From positions 1 through 24,062 of IMG/VR virus record IMGVR_UViG_3300020042_003416: DNA of 24,062 bases, one strand, 5' to 3'. Below, piece after piece: positions 23,112 to 24,062 of this stretch. The stretch's first letter is position 1; each line of letters starts with the position of its first letter. This DNA comes from a virus (taxonomy: Duplodnaviria; Caudoviricetes). The translations under genes were made by a program, and so were the position numbers. The notes beneath the pieces were generated by a model. It searched no databases and was not told where the DNA came from. It saw nothing but the letters and a program-made list of their open reading frames with translations.

Positions 23112-23968
23112 GCCTGCTGACCGAAGCCCAACTGGCGATCATGATCCCCACGAACAAAGAGGTCGGTGAATGGTGCGCGGCCCTCAATGAGATGCTGCCC
23201 AAGTACGGCATCACCACCGACAAGCGCATCGCTGCGTTTGTCAGCCAGTGCGCCCATGAAAGCATGGACTTCCGGGTGCTGGAGGAGGCGCTTTCGTACA
23301 AGACAGAAACCCTTTTGAAGGTGTTTCCGCGCTACTTTGGCCCCGGAAAAGAGAACCCAGACGAGTATGCAAGGAACCCCCAGAAGCTGGCAAATTACGT
23401 TTACATGGACAAGAACCGCTCTAAGGGCGGCGCTTTAGGCAATGTGAAGGAAAATGACGGCTGGGCCATGAGAGGAAAAGGTCTGAAACAAGTTACTGGG
23501 CGTGCGAACCATGAAGCCTTCGGAAAGACAGTTGGCATGACTGCCGAGGAGGCCGCCGAGTATCTGATGACCAAGAAGGGCGCACTCGAAAGCGCACTGT
23601 GGTTCTGGGGCAGCCGCAATCTTAACGAGGTGGCCGACACGGGCGACGTGGTCCGACTGACCAAGATCATCAACGGCGGCGACATTGGCTTGGCTGACCG
23701 TCAGGCGCGCTATGCCAAGGCTATGGCGGCATTGGGTGGCAAGATCGACACCAGTGCGCCTGCCGCCGCTCCTGCGGCCTCTACGGGCGTCCTGCGCGTT
23801 GGCTCCAAGGGTCACGATGTAAAGCGGATGCAGGTGGCGCTCAGGATCACTGCTGACGGCGACTTTGGCCCCGGCACGGAGGCTGCGCTGAAGAAGTGGC
23901 AGTCGGCCAACGGCCTAACCCCTGATGGCGTGGCGGGTCCGAAGACATTGGCGAAGTTGCTCGCGTAA
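23108..23968 (+). CDS. endolysin: glycoside hydrolase family 19 plus C-terminal peptidoglycan-binding domain
   Basis: AAFVSQCAHES, RGKGLKQVTGR.N, SALWFW, TKIINGG; G.DVK..Q..L...DG.FGP.T...Q..NGL..DGVAGP.T. Confidence 0.92.
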   Translation: MSLLTEAQLAIMIPTNKEVGEWCAALNEMLPKYGITTDKRIAAFVSQCAHESMDFRVLEEALSYKTETLLKVFPRYFGPGKENPDEYARNPQKLANYVYMDKNRSKGGALGNVKENDGWAMRGKGLKQVTGRANHEAFGKTVGMTAEEAAEYLMTKKGALESALWFWGSRNLNEVADTGDVVRLTKIINGGDIGLADRQARYAKAMAALGGKIDTSAPAAAPAASTGVLRVGSKGHDVKRMQVALRITADGDFGPGTEAALKKWQSANGLTPDGVAGPKTLAKLLA

Positions 23969-23996
23969 TGTAGTATGCGCGCAACAGGAGATTGCC

Positions 23997-24062
23997 ATGC
24001 CGCTCATCCCGCTCCAAATCCCGCCCGGCGTTTATCGCAACGGGACCGAGTATCAGGCCAGC
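23997..24062 (+). CDS. 5' end of probable tail/packaged-DNA stabilisation protein (truncated)
   Basis: AGGAG RBS; MPLIPLQIPPGVYRNGTEYQAS start resembles podovirus tail proteins; only 22 codons visible. Confidence 0.55.
   Translation, partial: MPLIPLQIPPGVYRNGTEYQAS

Overview
GC-rich, gene-dense segment of a tailed dsDNA phage with podovirus-like tail genes; an alphaproteobacterial host is a guess from gene style. Left to right: (1) 1-3842, a leftward arm of small translationally coupled genes, several built from shared repeated modules. (2) Divergent promoters at about 3860-3950. (3) A rightward replication/recombination block: Cro-like HTH, DUF6378-like, RuvC-like resolvase, RecE/ExoVIII-like nuclease, SSB and a primase-helicase. 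(4) An inserted cassette with a SprT-like protease and a stand-alone copy of the primase C-terminal domain. (5) Two long intergenic regions carrying iteron-like repeats, an IHF consensus site and a XerC/D dif-like site. (6) terS and terL. (7) Where portal and capsid genes are expected, four genes sharing a GLL motif: a Pro/Met-rich protein, a lytic transglycosylase, an HhH-GPD glycosylase-like protein and an ART-like protein. (8) Adaptor, tail fibre and lysis genes, then the start of a probable tail stabilisation gene. No portal, scaffold, major capsid, integrase or DNA polymerase gene was recognised in the window. All family calls come from motif recognition by eye; no searches were run.
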